Source: Candidatus Shapirobacteria bacterium (GTDB lineage: Bacteria > Patescibacteriota > Microgenomatia > UBA12405). Taken from it: DNA of 45,519 nucleotides. This document shows, piece after piece, positions 42,963-45,519 of the stretch. The DNA lies in contig JBAXAJ010000005.1 in assembly GCA_037142555.1 (NCBI GenBank), positions 1 through 45,519 on the forward strand, read 5' to 3'. Made by a program: the position numbers and the translations under genes. The notes beneath the pieces are model-generated. The model had not been told where the DNA came from, made no database searches, and saw only the letters and a program-made list of their open reading frames with translations. How positions within the stretch are numbered: the first letter of the stretch is position 1; every line of letters starts with the position of its first letter.

Positions 42963-43904
42963 ATGTTAAAGAAAATAATTAATTCAAAATTATTAAAACT
43001 GCTTCTTTCAGCCGTTTTGATTTACTTTGCTTTCAGGAAGGTAAACATTTTTAATATATTTAATGAATTAAAAACTGTACCACTCAAATGGGTCATTATT
43101 AATGTTCTATATTCAATAATAGTTTTGGTTCTTGGTTCTTATCGTTGGAGCGTGTTGCTTTTTGACAAAATTAATTTAAAGAAAGTAATTGATTTTTCTA
43201 AGGCCACTTTTTCTGGTGCTTTCTATGGATTATTTTTCCCAACCGGAATTGCTGGTGACTTTTTGAAATGGTTGCCACTGCAAAAAAAATATCCTGAATT
43301 AACAAAAACAAAACTTTTCAGCTCTGTTTTTCTTGATAGATTTATTGGTTTTTCAGCTTTTATGTTTGCTGCTTTTGTGGCAACTGGTTTAGGTCTATTA
43401 TTAAAATTTCAATTTCCAACATATTTGTTTTATTTGTTTGGGATAGTAAGCTTGGGAATTGTTCTCTTTTATGTGTTGGTATTTAATTTTGATTTTGAAA
43501 AATTATTAGTTAAATTTTCTAAATATAAAATTGTTTCAAAATTACATGAAGTTATAGATTTAGTTAAAAATAGTAATGTCGATAATATATTTAAGTGTTT
43601 AGGAATTTCTTTTATTACAGAATTACTTTGGGTGTCACAAGTTTGGTTTGTCAGTAATATTTTTCATGCTGGTTTCACTATCTTGTCAGTTTTTATATTT
43701 TTGCCAATTATTGCCATAATTTTGATTTTACCTATTTCAGTGGCAGGATTTGGAGCTAGAGAACAATTGTATTTAATCTTTTTTGCTCAAGTTGCAGTTA
43801 GTAATGAAAAGATATTATTAGTGTCCACTTTCATGGGAATATTGGGAATTTTGACAGCTCTTATTGGTGGGATAGTTGTCCTTCTTAAATCTTTTCTTAA
43901 ATAA
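42963..43904 (+). CDS. Lysylphosphatidylglycerol-synthase-TM-region (UPF0104, flippase-like) membrane protein
   Basis: About 8 TM helices. The early YRWSVLL motif is typical of the LPG_synthase_TM family. Confidence 0.5.
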   Translation: MLKKIINSKLLKLLLSAVLIYFAFRKVNIFNIFNELKTVPLKWVIINVLYSIIVLVLGSYRWSVLLFDKINLKKVIDFSKATFSGAFYGLFFPTGIAGDFLKWLPLQKKYPELTKTKLFSSVFLDRFIGFSAFMFAAFVATGLGLLLKFQFPTYLFYLFGIVSLGIVLFYVLVFNFDFEKLLVKFSKYKIVSKLHEVIDLVKNSNVDNIFKCLGISFITELLWVSQVWFVSNIFHAGFTILSVFIFLPIIAIILILPISVAGFGAREQLYLIFFAQVAVSNEKILLVSTFMGILGILTALIGGIVVLLKSFLK

Positions 43905-43924
43905 TTTGTTAAAATTAATTTGCT

Positions 43925-44030
43925 TTGTTAAGAGTTCTGATTTTTTAAATTAGAACAGCAACCGAGTTCCGACTAAAGTCGAGAATCGCGGTGCTATCTC
44001 CAAACTTTTGGAGGACAAGCCTCTTTATTA
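43925..44030 (+). promoter_or_regulatory. Candidate SAM riboswitch (SAM-I / SAM-IV clan-like) in the metK leader
   Basis: GUUAAGAG, then hairpin GUUCUGAUU/AAUUAGAAC, then AGCAACC, then inner hairpin CGAC-UAAA-GUCG, then GGUGCUAUCUCC, then hairpin CUCCAA-ACUU-UUGGAG, then CCUCUU. GCAACC...GGUGCUA and AAGAG...CUCUU mirror the SAM-I P3/P1 cores. CCUC (44020-44023) can pair with the SD GGAGG (44037-44041). Confidence 0.5.
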
Positions 44031-44048
44031 ATTAGTGGAGGAAAAATA

Positions 44049-45519
<1,471 letters not shown>

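Overview
The window is AT-rich (roughly one-third G+C by eye, not computed), tightly packed and almost entirely coding. No tRNA, rRNA, CRISPR array, transposase or integrase was seen. The style (tiny intergenic gaps, many overlapping genes, DUF4012, reduced cell-wall genes) resembles a small-genome CPR/Patescibacteria-like bacterium, but that is inference only. The standard genetic code gives intact ORFs.

Layout:
- (i) A 57-bp tandem repeat at the 5' edge, then lepB, parB, rplU-rpmA, a SEDS (rodA-like) gene and a type-2 ileS.
- (ii) One long minus-strand train, glyQS to ftsZ (24285 down to 6874). It is a rearranged dcw (division/cell-wall) cluster: rsmH, ftsL-like, ftsI, murE (short), an ATE/Bpt-like transferase, an Mpl-type Mur ligase, murA, mraY, NlpC/P60, [LysW-like gene on the opposite strand], a mini PLP enzyme, an ATP-grasp ligase, ftsW, murG, ftsA, ftsZ.
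- (iii) A cupin gene, a GT-C-like membrane protein and recO.
- (iv) A ~17-kb minus-strand glycan-assembly train (DUF4012, phosphoglycosyl transferase, ManC-like, seven GT4, three GT2, Wzy-like, acetyltransferase, DUF192).
- (v) An LPG-synthase-TM-like gene, a candidate SAM riboswitch with metK, and the 3' part of galE.

Most interesting:
- A 55-aa LysW-type amino-group carrier protein, hidden inside a longer annotated ORF. It sits with an ATP-grasp ligase, a minimal PLP enzyme and a signal-peptide-less NlpC/P60 exactly where murD/ddl-type functions normally lie.
- Nearby are an Mpl-type ligase, an N-terminally short MurE and an ATE/Bpt-like aminoacyl-tRNA transferase homologue. Together these suggest non-canonical stem-peptide synthesis or salvage.
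- Three GC-rich palindromic elements are inserted in-frame in one GT4 gene and are read in different frames.
- A 16-18-mer DNA motif recurs in unrelated glycan genes, also in two reading frames.
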